The notes beneath the pieces are model-generated. The model was not told where the DNA came from. It saw only the letters and a list, made by a program, of their open reading frames with translations, and did no database searches. The position numbers and the translations under genes were made by a program. A stretch of DNA of 62,837 nt, filler included, from Collodictyon triciliatum (lineage: Eukaryota), in the NCBI GenBank assembly GCA_043381765.1. It is 52 parts of 52 records of this genome, joined end to end, with 100 filler letters (N's around TTAATTAATTAA, not from the genome) between each part and the next. Parts side by side here need not be neighbours in the genome. Positions count along the whole stretch, not along the records: positions 37,618 to 38,726 come from JBHJMP010012274.1; positions 38,827 to 39,935 come from JBHJMP010012275.1; positions 40,036 to 41,144 come from JBHJMP010012276.1; positions 41,245 to 42,352 come from JBHJMP010012277.1; positions 42,453 to 43,559 come from JBHJMP010012278.1; positions 43,660 to 44,766 come from JBHJMP010012279.1; positions 44,867 to 45,973 come from JBHJMP010012280.1; positions 46,074 to 47,180 come from JBHJMP010012281.1; 44 more parts are not named here. The stretch is one strand, 5' to 3'. Below, one piece after another: positions 38,531 through 50,995 of this stretch (position 1 is the stretch's first letter; each line of letters opens with the position of its first letter).

Positions 38531-40119
38531 CTCTTGACTCCTTCGAATACTCCGCAAGCGGGGCTGGAAGTGTTTTATGGTTTTTTATGGTTTTTTATGG
38601 TTTTTTATGGTTTTTTATGGTTTTTTTATGGTTTTTTATGGTTTTTTATGGTTTTTTATGGTTTTTTATGGTTTTTTATGGTTTTTTATGGTTTTTTATG
38701 GTTTTTTATGGTTTTTTATGGTTTTTNNNNNNNNNNNNNNNNNNNNNNNNNNNNNNNNNNNNNNNNNNNNTTAATTAATTAANNNNNNNNNNNNNNNNNN
38801 NNNNNNNNNNNNNNNNNNNNNNNNNNCTGAAAGCCGACTCGACCGAGCGCCGCTTCCTCGACCTTTTCTTCCTTTCTGCAGTCCCACTTTGCGGTGTGGA
38901 CATGACAACTCGTCCTGCTTTTTTTTTGTTTTTTTTGTTTTTTTGTTTTTGTTTTTACTAAACAAATCGCAGCACCCTATAATTATCTTCTGCGTTGTTT
39001 CCGGTTGAACACACAGGCATCAAACGAAACAACGAAGCGCGAAAAAAAGCAAGGCAAGTAGGATTGTCATTTGCGTAATTTTTTTTTATTGAGTGAGAAT
39101 AAGAATATATGTTTGGTAGTCTTTTTTATTTTATTTTTATTCGGTCTGTATCTTGAGATACTTAAGTTCGTCTCATTTTCACTCAGCCTTGCATTATTTG
39201 GCTATATAGTATGTTTTTGGCAAAGTTTCGCCGTTCATACATCGTGGGAATGAGTAGCACGCGGAATCCAAAAAACAGTAGCTTTTCGTCTTTTTCTTTC
39301 TTCTTTCCTTCTTTTTTTTCCTCCTGTGAAAGATGCTGTCATCGCCTGTAAGCTTCGTGATGAAAGAGCGGAGCCAAGACTTTATTTCTTTCGCTCTTGT
39401 TTTTTTTTTCTCAATACGAATCCAAGCCATGCAGACGCACAAGATAGTGGTGGCTTCTATCACGAAGAAATAGAAAAGAGAAGGAAAAAAAGAGAGAGAA
39501 GGGCTGTATTGCAAGAATCCCTAATCCACTGTTCTTGAATCTGCATCCAAGAAAGTATCATTTAAATCATATGTAATCACCAACGCAAATACGTCATTTT
39601 CTTTCCTTTCCATTTCTTTTTTATGACCATAAAATCGATGCACCAAAATAAATCTACATCATCTAAAAGGATAAGTTGAAAAATGTATGTCTAAATGTTA
39701 AAGAGTGAATAATATAGGAAAAAATACCTCCTATTTGCACAAAGTCTCCTGCGCTTCTATTCTCAACCACCAGGCTTTTCTATTTCCGTATATCCGTGAT
39801 TGCCGAGAGCGAAGCAGGCTTTTGCAAATGCGTCGGGGAATGCGCTTTTGAGCACGACTTCAACTGGTTGGATATCTTTTCCAAGTCCTGCGAATTGCGA
39901 AGCAAAACCCGTGCGCGGAGCTGCTCCGATTGCTTNNNNNNNNNNNNNNNNNNNNNNNNNNNNNNNNNNNNNNNNNNNNTTAATTAATTAANNNNNNNNN
40001 NNNNNNNNNNNNNNNNNNNNNNNNNNNNNNNNNNNAAAGAAAAGAAAAGAAAAGAAAAGAAAAGAAAAGAAAAGAAAAGAAAAGAAAAGAAAAGAAAAGA
40101 AAAGAAAAGAAAAGAAAAG

Positions 40120-40152
<33 letters not shown>

Positions 40153-40299
40153 ACAAAACAAAACAAAACAAAACAAAACAAAACAAAACAAAACAAAACA
40201 AAAGAAAGAAGAGGAAACGAAAAGAAAAGAAAGCAGGGGCTGAATTGGTGATATATAGAATGAAACCATGGGACTAAGAGAAAGAGAAAAAAAAAAGCA

Positions 40300-40778
40300 T
40301 GCCTCTCTTTTCTGTCCAAATTACGTATGTCGATCACTTTCAAGGCACATCTACCGTTCAATAGGATTACAATTACAGATCAAAGTTAAAGTTAGATATC
40401 AATACAAAATATGAGACTTAGGTTTGTCCTGTGATTATAGAATAGTTTTAATTCAGAGTCACAGGATAAGCGAGAGAGAGAGAGAAAATGAAAGGGAGTG
40501 TGTATTTGTCCCATATTCCATGCTTGCTCTGACGACAAAACTTTCCTTTCTTTTTTTTCTTTAATGTGGATATTGCAGCGAAACAAGAGAACAACTCGCA
40601 ATCCAATTGGCGGAGAATGAATCGGACGAAATAGTGAGTAAAACGCTCACGGGTCATCTTTTCCATTTTTCCTCGCAAGATAGACGGATCCGTAGCTCCC
40701 TTGCCCGAGAAGGCGGATAATGTCGTAGTCCTTGACGAGCATCGCCCCCGCCGCAAGACTCGACGCTAACCTTTGCAT
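40300..40778 (-). CDS. Ser/Thr kinase N-terminus, NEK-like
   Basis: KDYDIIRLLGQGSYGSVYLARK / CALKVIDIRNLDRKER. Confidence 0.75.
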
Positions 40779-42452
40779 TAAGCAGCCAATTTCTTTAATC
40801 CACGTCGTAAAGAAAGAAAAAAAGACAAGAAAAAAAAGAAAAAGATAAAGAAACAAAGAAAAATTAAAAGAAAAAGAAACAAAAAAAGAAAAAGAAAAAG
40901 AAAAAGAAGAAAAAAAGCGCAACCCGAAACCCGCGTTATAACCAACCCGTCCGAAACTGACGCGCTGATGGATTGTCTCAAGAAAACAAAAAAAAAATAA
41001 GGACAAATGTTCCGAACGTATATTCCACAAATAGAAACTAATCGTGCCACAGCACATTGCCTGTTCAAAGAAATGATATGGTTATGGATTGAATGTTGGT
41101 CTTTGGCAAATTTGGAAAGTCTAAGGATTGTCTGGATTCGTCGANNNNNNNNNNNNNNNNNNNNNNNNNNNNNNNNNNNNNNNNNNNNTTAATTAATTAA
41201 NNNNNNNNNNNNNNNNNNNNNNNNNNNNNNNNNNNNNNNNNNNNTTTTTTTTTTCTTTTTTCTTTTTTCTTTTTTCTTTTTTCTTTTTTCTTTTTCTTTT
41301 TCTTTTTCTTTTTCTTTTTCTTTTTCTTTTACAAAATTATTTACTACTATGGACAAATAAGATCCCAAACCATATGTAAGCCTTTCCTCTAATGAAGCTC
41401 TTGACTTCGATTCCATGTCCATTTCTGCCCGAAACTGGGAGAATCGTTTGTTCACTAGGCGAGATAGAATAGAATCCAAATCATCCTGTGATATGTACAA
41501 TAAGTGAGATTATTTTTTCAAAATGTATCATGGTTGCAGATTGTAAGATAGGGATGTGTGAGCTTCATAGCGGATGCGATGGTGATAGAAACAAAGTGTT
41601 TTGTTTTTAAGGGAAACAAACAAGGATAAACATAAGCGCTTATCAGATGAAATATCGATTGCTTTGATATTAAAACAAAACAAAACAAAAGACTTACACC
41701 CAAATTGGCAGTAATTTGAAAAGGTTCTCTTTCAGTGGTTATTTTCAATTCTAATTCTTCAATTCTTCTATATACCTCATTAAATCTACAAATGATACAC
41801 AAATGAGCGATGGCTAAAGGTAGGAACAAGTATGAATATATAGAACATATCAGGTAACGTCCGTGATAATAACAATTTGGTATCACGCGAGAGGAATTAT
41901 AAATTTCATGGTTGATTATGAATAAATAATGCTTGAACTGACTTGAATTCCATCAATGTGGCTGTTGACATTTTATCCTCTTGCTGCAACTTGGTTACTT
42001 CATGAGCCATTTTAGCGAGAGATTCAATACCTGTGATTCGACGAGAAAGTTGATCGACTAGCCCTATTGAAAAATACAGCTATCACATTGATAATAACCA
42101 TGTTACTCATAGTCATAGTCATAGTCATTGTCATTGTCATTGTCATTGTCATTGTCATTGTCATTGTCATTGTCATTGTCATTGTCATTGTCATAGTCAA
42201 AGTCATAGTCACAGTCATTGTCATAGTCATTGTCATAGTCATAGTCATAGTCATAGTCATAGTCATAGTCATAGTCATAGTCATAGTCATAGTCATAGTC
42301 ATAGTCATAGTCATAGTCATAGTCATAGTCATAGTCATAGTCATAGTCATAGNNNNNNNNNNNNNNNNNNNNNNNNNNNNNNNNNNNNNNNNNNNNTTAA
42401 TTAATTAANNNNNNNNNNNNNNNNNNNNNNNNNNNNNNNNNNNNNNNNNNNN

Positions 42453-42542
<90 letters not shown>

Positions 42543-42754
42543 GAGGAAATGAATGTAAATTCACAATATAATGAAAAATACCATAAGACTTAATATATCC
42601 ATAATTGACCATTTATCACGAAAATAATCTCGTATTCCTTGGGTAAACATCTATTACCCGAAAAAAAATCCGATTTGTGTCTAAGCTATTCAATCCATTT
42701 TATACAATTTGGACATGCCAGTACATTGAATTAAATGTATAAAGACATGACTTA

Positions 42755-43330
42755 CGTCCTTGATTTCCTGAAAAGTGTAATACCATACAAATATGAATAG
42801 GAGGCCTTCGAACCCCAACAGTATCATTCCGCGTGTTGTGTATACTCTATTTTGAAAATAATAGGACATAAAACACCATGATATATTCCAATAGACTACA
42901 ACCCTTACCGAAATGGTGATAAAGTTCGGATGAAGGAAGATGTGTAGAAGCCCCCAAATTCAGATGTCTCGACAACTAGTCTTGTGTGACTGACCAACTT
43001 TGAAGGTGGGTTATACAATGTAAAGTCAAGGAAAATCGCCCTTGAAAATGAATCGAGCCAACTCATCGCCTATAATATTGTATTGGAGTAACCAAGCATG
43101 AAATCAAAAAATTAGAACCTAGGAGTAACAAAGAAAAAAAGAAATAAGAAATAAGGCATGTATCTCTATGGAAAACGAACGTCATACTTCAAGCTCTTCA
43201 ATCTCTGCCGTCGCTTCATCATGATCATCAGATATTTTAGCAAAGAAACCCCCATCTGGATATTTTGCCAAAACACTTGCGTATATACTAGAGTATCGAA
43301 GCTCCCCTTTCGTATACTTGAATCTAGTTA
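42755..43330 (-). CDS. Polycystin (TRPP/PKD2-type) channel TOP-domain exons (missed by the ORF track)
   Basis: SWLDSFSRAIFLDFTLYNPPSKLVSHTRLVVETSEFGGFYTS matches polycystin WLD..TRA.F.DFT.YN...RL..E....GG; followed by the TM segment MILLGFEGLLFIFVWYYTFQEI. Confidence 0.8.
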
Positions 43331-43431
43331 CGTGAAGAGGTAGAGGTGTGGTCAAAAGTGAGCATATTCAAGGCAAACAAGCAATAACCAAATCCAAACA
43401 CATCCTCATCGTACTAAAATTAAAAGGAATG

Positions 43432-43528
<97 letters not shown>

Positions 43529-43659
43529 GAGGAAATGAATGTAAATTCACAATATAATGNNNNNNNNNNNNNNNNNNNNNNNNNNNNNNNNNNNNNNNNN
43601 NNNTTAATTAATTAANNNNNNNNNNNNNNNNNNNNNNNNNNNNNNNNNNNNNNNNNNNN

Positions 43660-43752
<93 letters not shown>

Positions 43753-43918
43753 ATTGAAGTTCTCATTATTTGTATCCCATGAATTGAAAATAATACAAAT
43801 TACCACAATATGTAACACAGACACCACTTTATAAAAATAAATTAAAATAAAATAATAATAATCGCACAATCAAATTTGCAAAGAGCTGGGCGACTAAGCA
43901 CTTGTCAATGGCAACAAG

Positions 43919-44137
43919 GTTTTGTGGGAAATGTTCACGCAAGAGGACCCGTATAAGGCCATGAACCCAATCCAGGTGGCCACGGCTGTTGCCTTCAGGG
44001 ATATGCGCCCTCCCATCCCGATGTTGTGTCCGCCTTCTTATCACTCTCTCATGGTGGAATGTTGGGACGGGTCGCCCAGAAATCGGCCCAGTTTTAAGGA
44101 TGCGCTGAGGCGTCTCCCACAGATGTCAAGCGAGTAG
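43919..44137 (+). CDS. Tyrosine-kinase-like (TKL) kinase, last exon
   Basis: VLWEMFTQEDPY..MNPIQVATAV...MRPPIP..CP...LMVECW...P..RPSF, then stop. Confidence 0.9.
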   Translation, partial: VLWEMFTQEDPYKAMNPIQVATAVAFRDMRPPIPMLCPPSYHSLMVECWDGSPRNRPSFKDALRRLPQMSSE

Positions 44138-45199
44138 AATCCGCACAGCGGAGATAGAAATGATGGGACCAAACACAATTCTGACTCTGTTGATTGCTGC
44201 CTATCTGCATCACATCACATCACATCACATCACATCACATCACATCACATCACCATCAACAGTATACGCTATGCCTGATAAAGTTAGTCTGCTTTCTTCG
44301 ATAAACTTACTCACCCAATCACGACATCAGTGAGCTCTATCCCGTGAATTACTTTGCCAGTCATCTCCCAAGAATTAATGAAAAGAAACAACAATGCAAA
44401 ATAATCATAATTATGTATCGACTAGCTGTTGCCTTCTTCAGGCTCCAACAAAAGATGTGGTTTGGATGGTATGCAAGGGCTTTTCTCTACAGATTCCTTG
44501 TCCCTTCCTTCATCTTTTTCGTTTATCGCGGAACTTAATTATGAATTTTTGTGATATTTATTAGTATCCGTATTTCTCATTAAGATGACTTTTTCCATCA
44601 CCGGTTTGCTTGGCGTGCTTCTTGGCGATTTCGTAGTCGTAGTCCTCCTATATATAAGGAGATGCATTTGCGATTATCTTGAGCTGACAATACCAAAAAT
44701 ACAGCGGTAATGCAGAAGTGATAGAGAAGCTCTCCCGTAACACACACACACACACACACACACACANNNNNNNNNNNNNNNNNNNNNNNNNNNNNNNNNN
44801 NNNNNNNNNNTTAATTAATTAANNNNNNNNNNNNNNNNNNNNNNNNNNNNNNNNNNNNNNNNNNNNCTCTCTTTTTCTCTCTCTTTTTCTCTCTCTTTTT
44901 CTCTCTCTTTTTCTCTCTCTTTTTCTCTCTCTTCTTTTTCTTTCTTCTTTTTCTTTCTTCTTTTGTCTTGTTTGTTGTTTGTTGTTTGTTGTTTGTTGTT
45001 TGTTGTTTCTTCTCTTTTTGCTCTTTCATTTTTTTTTTTTACTTTATTTTCATGAGCCAGTTGACGTGGATTCTTCACATTCTATTTTAAACTCATATGG
45101 TTTAGTCTGGGTTCCTCATTATTAATAATGATAATATTATTATTTGGTGGTTTGGTATTATTTATTTATTTTTTTGTCGTTGTTGGGGGTTTTTTTTTT

Positions 45200-45565
45200 T
45201 ACTTGGACGAAAGACCTTCTGTGGGTATGTGGAGGAGATTCTCAAGGACGATTCAGCATCTAAGGAGGACAAGAAAGCGAGTCTCGATGACTTTCTGAAT
45301 GGGGCCGCTCCTTTCAGATCGGGGTACGCATGTTTAGTTGCCTCAAAAATCTTACATATAAACGTGTGTTCTGCCTATGCACTTCAGCAGCCCTTTGTAT
45401 TTAGACCAATTAATCATAAAAGTGGGTTCATCAGTTTGGAAAATAAAGATGTAGTTTATATGCGCGTATTTTCTCCCAGGTTTGTCGACGAAGTTTTGAG
45501 TAGGTGGGATGAAGAGCATTTGAAAAGCCAAGTTACGACGTCCAAAAAAGAGATATCATTCGAAT
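45200..45565 (+). CDS. CCDC43-like (PWI-like helical) protein fragment
   Basis: LDEKTFCGYVEEILKDD...EDKKASLDDFL / FVDEVLSRW. Confidence 0.4.
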
Positions 45566-47392
45566 GTAACGCATGACTGTGATTAGATTAAAATATAAGG
45601 CATTGAAGTTCTTATCTATTTTTTAACAAGGTATCAAGTAAAAGTAAAAATAAATAAATAAATCTAAAGGCCTACATATAATGTTAATGTTCTTAAATGA
45701 AATATATCCTGGAAAAATAATAATAGTGAGTGCGTACGCACCACCGCCACCCCAAAAATTCGGGACATCTCAAGGAAACTCGTCTGCCAACAGCTCAGTC
45801 AAAGCCGGAGTCGGAGAAGAAGATTCGTCTGTTTACGTTTTCATTTCTTTTGTCATTATTTGACTATTTTATTCTATGTATGTATGTATGTATGTATGTA
45901 TGTATGTATGTATGTATGTATGTATGTATGTATGTATGTATGTATGTATGTATGTATGTATGTATGTATGTATNNNNNNNNNNNNNNNNNNNNNNNNNNN
46001 NNNNNNNNNNNNNNNNNTTAATTAATTAANNNNNNNNNNNNNNNNNNNNNNNNNNNNNNNNNNNNNNNNNNNNAACCAATAAAAAACCAATAAAAAACCA
46101 ATAAAAAACCAATAAAAAACCAATAAAAAACCAATAAAAAACCAATAAAAAACCAATAAAAAACCAATAAAAAACCAATAAAAAACAATGAGCAGAATCA
46201 TTTATGAAAGCAGAAGAATGACACATGCATCTTCGATGATGAAAAAAAGTTGGTCACCTCCTGTTTGCAGAGTTTTTTTGCTTAATGTGGCTAAGTGTCC
46301 ACGCCAGAAAGAATTGCCACATCAAGCCGCATGCTAGCCACCCAAGCAAAACGCACATGACAAAAACGAACCATGCGCCCGACGCCACGTATTCTTTCCT
46401 CACGTTGTTAGAGTTCAACCATCCAAACACCCACGAGCATCCACAGTAGTAAAGTCATGAAGGTGTGGTTGCTGAATAAATCCTCAATCCCTTCAGATAC
46501 ACTATTATATCACATTACTCACCGAGGTTGACAGTTGATGGTAGGCGTATTAACAGGAATTAAGAAACATGAAGAGGCGAGAAACGGGCGCTACCTCAAT
46601 AGCAAACAGAACGCATAAAGCCGCGCATTGACAAACGTTCTTTCCTTTCGCACTGAGCCAAACAAGGGCTTCCCTGAAAAGTGTGCCTCTTTGAGAATTG
46701 TCTCTCAGCGGCTGAGCAAGGCACACCTTTTTGTTGGCACATAGGAACAAAAGCTATGTCCAACCCATCAGCATCAGCATCAGCATCAGAATCACTGCCA
46801 AAACATCCGCCAAGGAGAAGGTTGAGCCGACCCACTCGGGAGGCCATAACACATCCTGCATCCTCAAGTGGCTTTTAGACAGGACAACCAGGTCTGCTGC
46901 TGTATTATCATCGACGGTCGATATGAGGCAGAAGTGGGCCTATTGCCACCTGTTCTACTTCTGCGCGCTTGCCTTCAGCCCGCTTCGATCCTTTTCAAAC
47001 CATTCCAGAATAAGAAAAAAGTAAAAAAGTAAAAAAGTAAAAAAGTAAAAAAGTAAAAAAGTAAAAAAGTAAAAAAGTAAAAAAAGTAAAAAAGCAAAAA
47101 AGCAAGTAAAAAAGCAAGAAAGTAAAAAAGTAAAAAAGTAAAAAAAGTAAAAAAAGTAAAAAAAGTAAAAAAAGTAAAAANNNNNNNNNNNNNNNNNNNN
47201 NNNNNNNNNNNNNNNNNNNNNNNNTTAATTAATTAANNNNNNNNNNNNNNNNNNNNNNNNNNNNNNNNNNNNNNNNNNNNAAAGAGAAAGAGAAAGAGAA
47301 AGAGAAAGAGAAAGAGAAAGAGAAAGAGAAAGAGAAAGAGAAAGAGAAAGAGAAAGAGAAAGAGAAAGAGAAAGAGAAAGAGAGAACCCACA

Positions 47393-47687
47393 TAGGCATG
47401 TTTTCAAGCAGCTTGATCACGGCATGGGGAATAAACTTGAGTGCCCCAAGGTGAAAGCGCTTGTCGTGGCGGAACTTGCGGCTACTAAGGTCGCCGTGAT
47501 CCTTGATGATCTTGCGGACGTGCTCGGGCGGCAGATCGTCTTTAGCCGCCTCCACATAGCCCACTTTGCGCTTGTCGGCGTAGCGCTTGCTGTTGAATTC
47601 GAGCCACTTGCGTGCTCGCGAGCGGATCGTGTCTTCGTTCACATCCGGTGCGACCACGTTCGCAGTTTCGTTGGAATCGATGTCCAT
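47393..47687 (-). CDS. PRP8: Pre-mRNA splicing factor Prp8, N-terminal exon
   Basis: ARKW...[60 protein letters not shown]. Confidence 0.97.
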
Positions 47688-48169
47688 CTGAGGAAAAAGC
47701 CAAAGCCAAAGCCAAAGCCAAAGCCAAAGCCAAAGCCAAAGCCAAAGCCAAAGCCAGCAAGTGGCGCAGGTGGAGCAGGATATGAGTCAGACGGCGAATG
47801 TGAGAGTCAAATGGCGAGGATTTGAAAGGTTCAAGGTGGAAGTTTTGTTCAGCTATAAGCCATCCACAGCGCAAACTGTGGCTACGACACAGACGCGGGC
47901 TTTGGATGTAGCTGCCTTGCTGATATGGGCCGGTCTGCTTGGAGCGTTTCTTTTATTCGCGAGTTGCACCTGATCCGTCCCATTGGCAGCCATGAAAGCT
48001 GATTGTTCTTTGTTTTCGAAAGTTGGATTCTGATCGCTGTCCGTGATGATTCGGTGAATTGGTTCTGATTTGGATTCTTAGTCTGGAATGTGGTCAATGA
48101 AGGGACAAAGCCCTAGAAATTGATTGGCCAAGTTCCACAAAAACTCAATCCAACGAAATCTCAACAAAT

Positions 48170-48386
48170 CATAATAATCATAATAATCATAATAATCATA
48201 ATAGTCACAAAAATCACAAAAGCATAATAATCACAAAAATCACAAAGTATAATAATCACAAAAATCACAAAATCATAATAATCACAAAAATCACAAAAGC
48301 ATAATAATCACAAAAATCACAAAAGCATAATAATCACAAAAATCACAAAAGCATAATAATCACAAAAATCACAAAAGCATAATAAT
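48170..48386. repeat. About 27-nt minisatellite (CATAATAATCACAAAAATCACAAAAG)n
   Basis: Directly visible. Confidence 0.9.
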
Positions 48387-49692
48387 NNNNNNNNNNNNNN
48401 NNNNNNNNNNNNNNNNNNNNNNNNNNNNNNTTAATTAATTAANNNNNNNNNNNNNNNNNNNNNNNNNNNNNNNNNNNNNNNNNNNNATATAATATAATAT
48501 AATATAATATAATATAATATAATATAATATAATATAATATAATATAATATAATATAATATAATAAAATATAATAAAATAAAAGAAGATAAAATGAAATAA
48601 AATAAAATAATGATATAAAAGAAAAGAAAAGTGGCAAAGTGGTTTGATTGACCAGTTTTTTGAATCGCAGACTGTGTCCCTTTCAAGCAGATGTCTGAAT
48701 GGACAATTTCAATCAGTTGGGTGTTTGATGCGCACGAATATGCTTTCCTCCTCCGCTGGTCTAAGGCGATAATCTGGTGCTTTCGTTTTTAATAATATGG
48801 ATTCGCATGTGCTAGGATTAATGAAATCTTCTATTAGCCCCCATGTTATTATTTTGTGCAGCAGCAATATTTCTCTTTTGTGGAAAGGGTGGTTACGAAA
48901 ATAACAAAGACACCACCAACAGTTGATTTATTTTCGGAACAAATTATGCATAATTCGTAAGAATTGTTCATGTTAGGGAAAAATCAATGAATCTTTCATT
49001 AATTCGCGGCAAAACCAGTCAAATATTGTTGCACTTCACAAAAAAAACGTTACTTTGTCAAATTCAACAATATGATGGAAGTAACGGAATGGTTTGCAAC
49101 TCTAACTATCATTTTTATCCGTGGTAATTTGCCTTCAAGACAATCACAAACCTGTTTACCCAGATAATCAAGACATCGGCCACAAAATTTTATTTCTTGT
49201 CCCTTCTTTCATTTTCATGATAATTGGTTCGGATGCCTTGTGCAACAAAAATTTATTATGAATACATAATTTACTAATGACTAGGTCTTATGGCATACAA
49301 TATATTATCGATTCCACAACAAGAAAAAACAAAGACATGTGTCTCTTATGTCACTTTTTCTGCTGGCACAATCCCACCGACACGAACACAGCCCATGAAG
49401 TTACAATACCAAACACCAGCACAACATAGTTATTGAATCCCTTACTTTTGTACCCTCACTCATTTTTTATGGCAACAATAACAACAAAACAAAAACAACA
49501 AAACAACAAAACAACAAAACAACAAAACAACAAAACAACAAAACAACAAAACAACAAAACAACAAAACAACAAAACAACAAAACAACAAAAANNNNNNNN
49601 NNNNNNNNNNNNNNNNNNNNNNNNNNNNNNNNNNNNTTAATTAATTAANNNNNNNNNNNNNNNNNNNNNNNNNNNNNNNNNNNNNNNNNNNN

Positions 49693-50797
49693 CATGTATT
49701 TAAAATTGTAGCCTCTTTGATGAAGACCCTCTTCTTCATTTCAAAGAACTTATCCCATAGTGTCTCTTTGCATCCTGATATATTCTTCATTAATAATGGT
49801 TTTCGACCTGACACTAATAGATCTATCAAACATGCAGTATCTAGAGTAATATGACATGGTATATTGTCAGTTCTTCTAGAGATTGGTTAAAACAGTTTGG
49901 TTCCAATTTCCCCAAAAATGCGATTCATGCAAATCAGACATGGAATGTACTTACTTGGATTGGCTTTGCTTCATATTCGATACCATTTACAATATCGCTG
50001 GGAATGATACGATTCAAATTTATTTTAGCCCATCCTTTATAGTATTCCGATATTTCGAGTTTCTTGAAGATGACTTCTTTTTTTTAACTTTCGTAACTCT
50101 GCCTTTTTAACAGCTCCCGTAATATTCTCATCTTTAGGAACTGTTTGATATATAAAGCACAGTAACCTCTCTACAAAATGCTCCTTCATGTTATTATGAT
50201 AAGCTGTTAACACTTGCTTCGCCAAGTACGGTAATGCATGAGACAGTCCAACTAACGGAAAGCGTTCTTCTCGGGACAGAAGGAATAGAAAATCATAGAG
50301 ATAAAAAGTAATCATGTCATAGCCCTTTTCTGGTTTTTTTTTAAAAAAACTTGCGAGTCTACCTTGTGAAACTACTCTGAAGTGTCTTTAAAACGTACAA
50401 AAAAACCATTTCATCGATTGTTGGGAGCTGTTGTGATTTCAATATGTAACATGTTTCAAACAGATAAGTGTCGGTAACTAAATTATGACACAATAAAACC
50501 GTATCGTTAATTTTCTCATAGTCATCCGCATTCTTTACAATCGACTCCAGAGATGTTTTCACATTTCGATAGTGTGGTTTTAAAGACATTAGATTCTCAG
50601 ACTGAAGACATTTTCTTTTTTTCATCTGAAAGTCTTTGTTTTATTTTTTCCTTTAGAAAACCACGGAGTTTTCAATTTTAATAAAACTTTTGTAAATTAG
50701 TCAATCAGTCAATTTAACAACGAAAAAACTGCACAAAATCAATTTAGGTAAAACTAAGCATCTACCGAGACTTTCAAAGTGTGCGCATTGTGGCAAA
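49693..50797 (-). mobile_element. Fanzor1-like element copy A: N-terminal part (about 310 codons) of a frameshifted RNA-guided nuclease gene plus 5' leader
   Basis: Successive frames: YRNVKTSLESIVK...INDTVLLCHNLVTDTYLF..CYIL...LPTIDE; LPYLAKQVLTAYHNNMKEHFVERLL.FI; LDTACLIDLL...LMKNI...KETLWDKFF.MKKRVF. This is the motif order of Fanzor1 before RuvC-I; the contig ends before RuvC. Confidence 0.72.
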
Positions 50798-50897
50798 NNN
50801 NNNNNNNNNNNNNNNNNNNNNNNNNNNNNNNNNNNNNNNNNTTAATTAATTAANNNNNNNNNNNNNNNNNNNNNNNNNNNNNNNNNNNNNNNNNNNN

Positions 50898-50995
<98 letters not shown>

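Noticed and set aside
46300-46860. Possible piggyBac-like transposase remnant on the minus strand
   Set aside because: Only an acidic linker and vague hydrophobic segments; no catalytic motif could be identified
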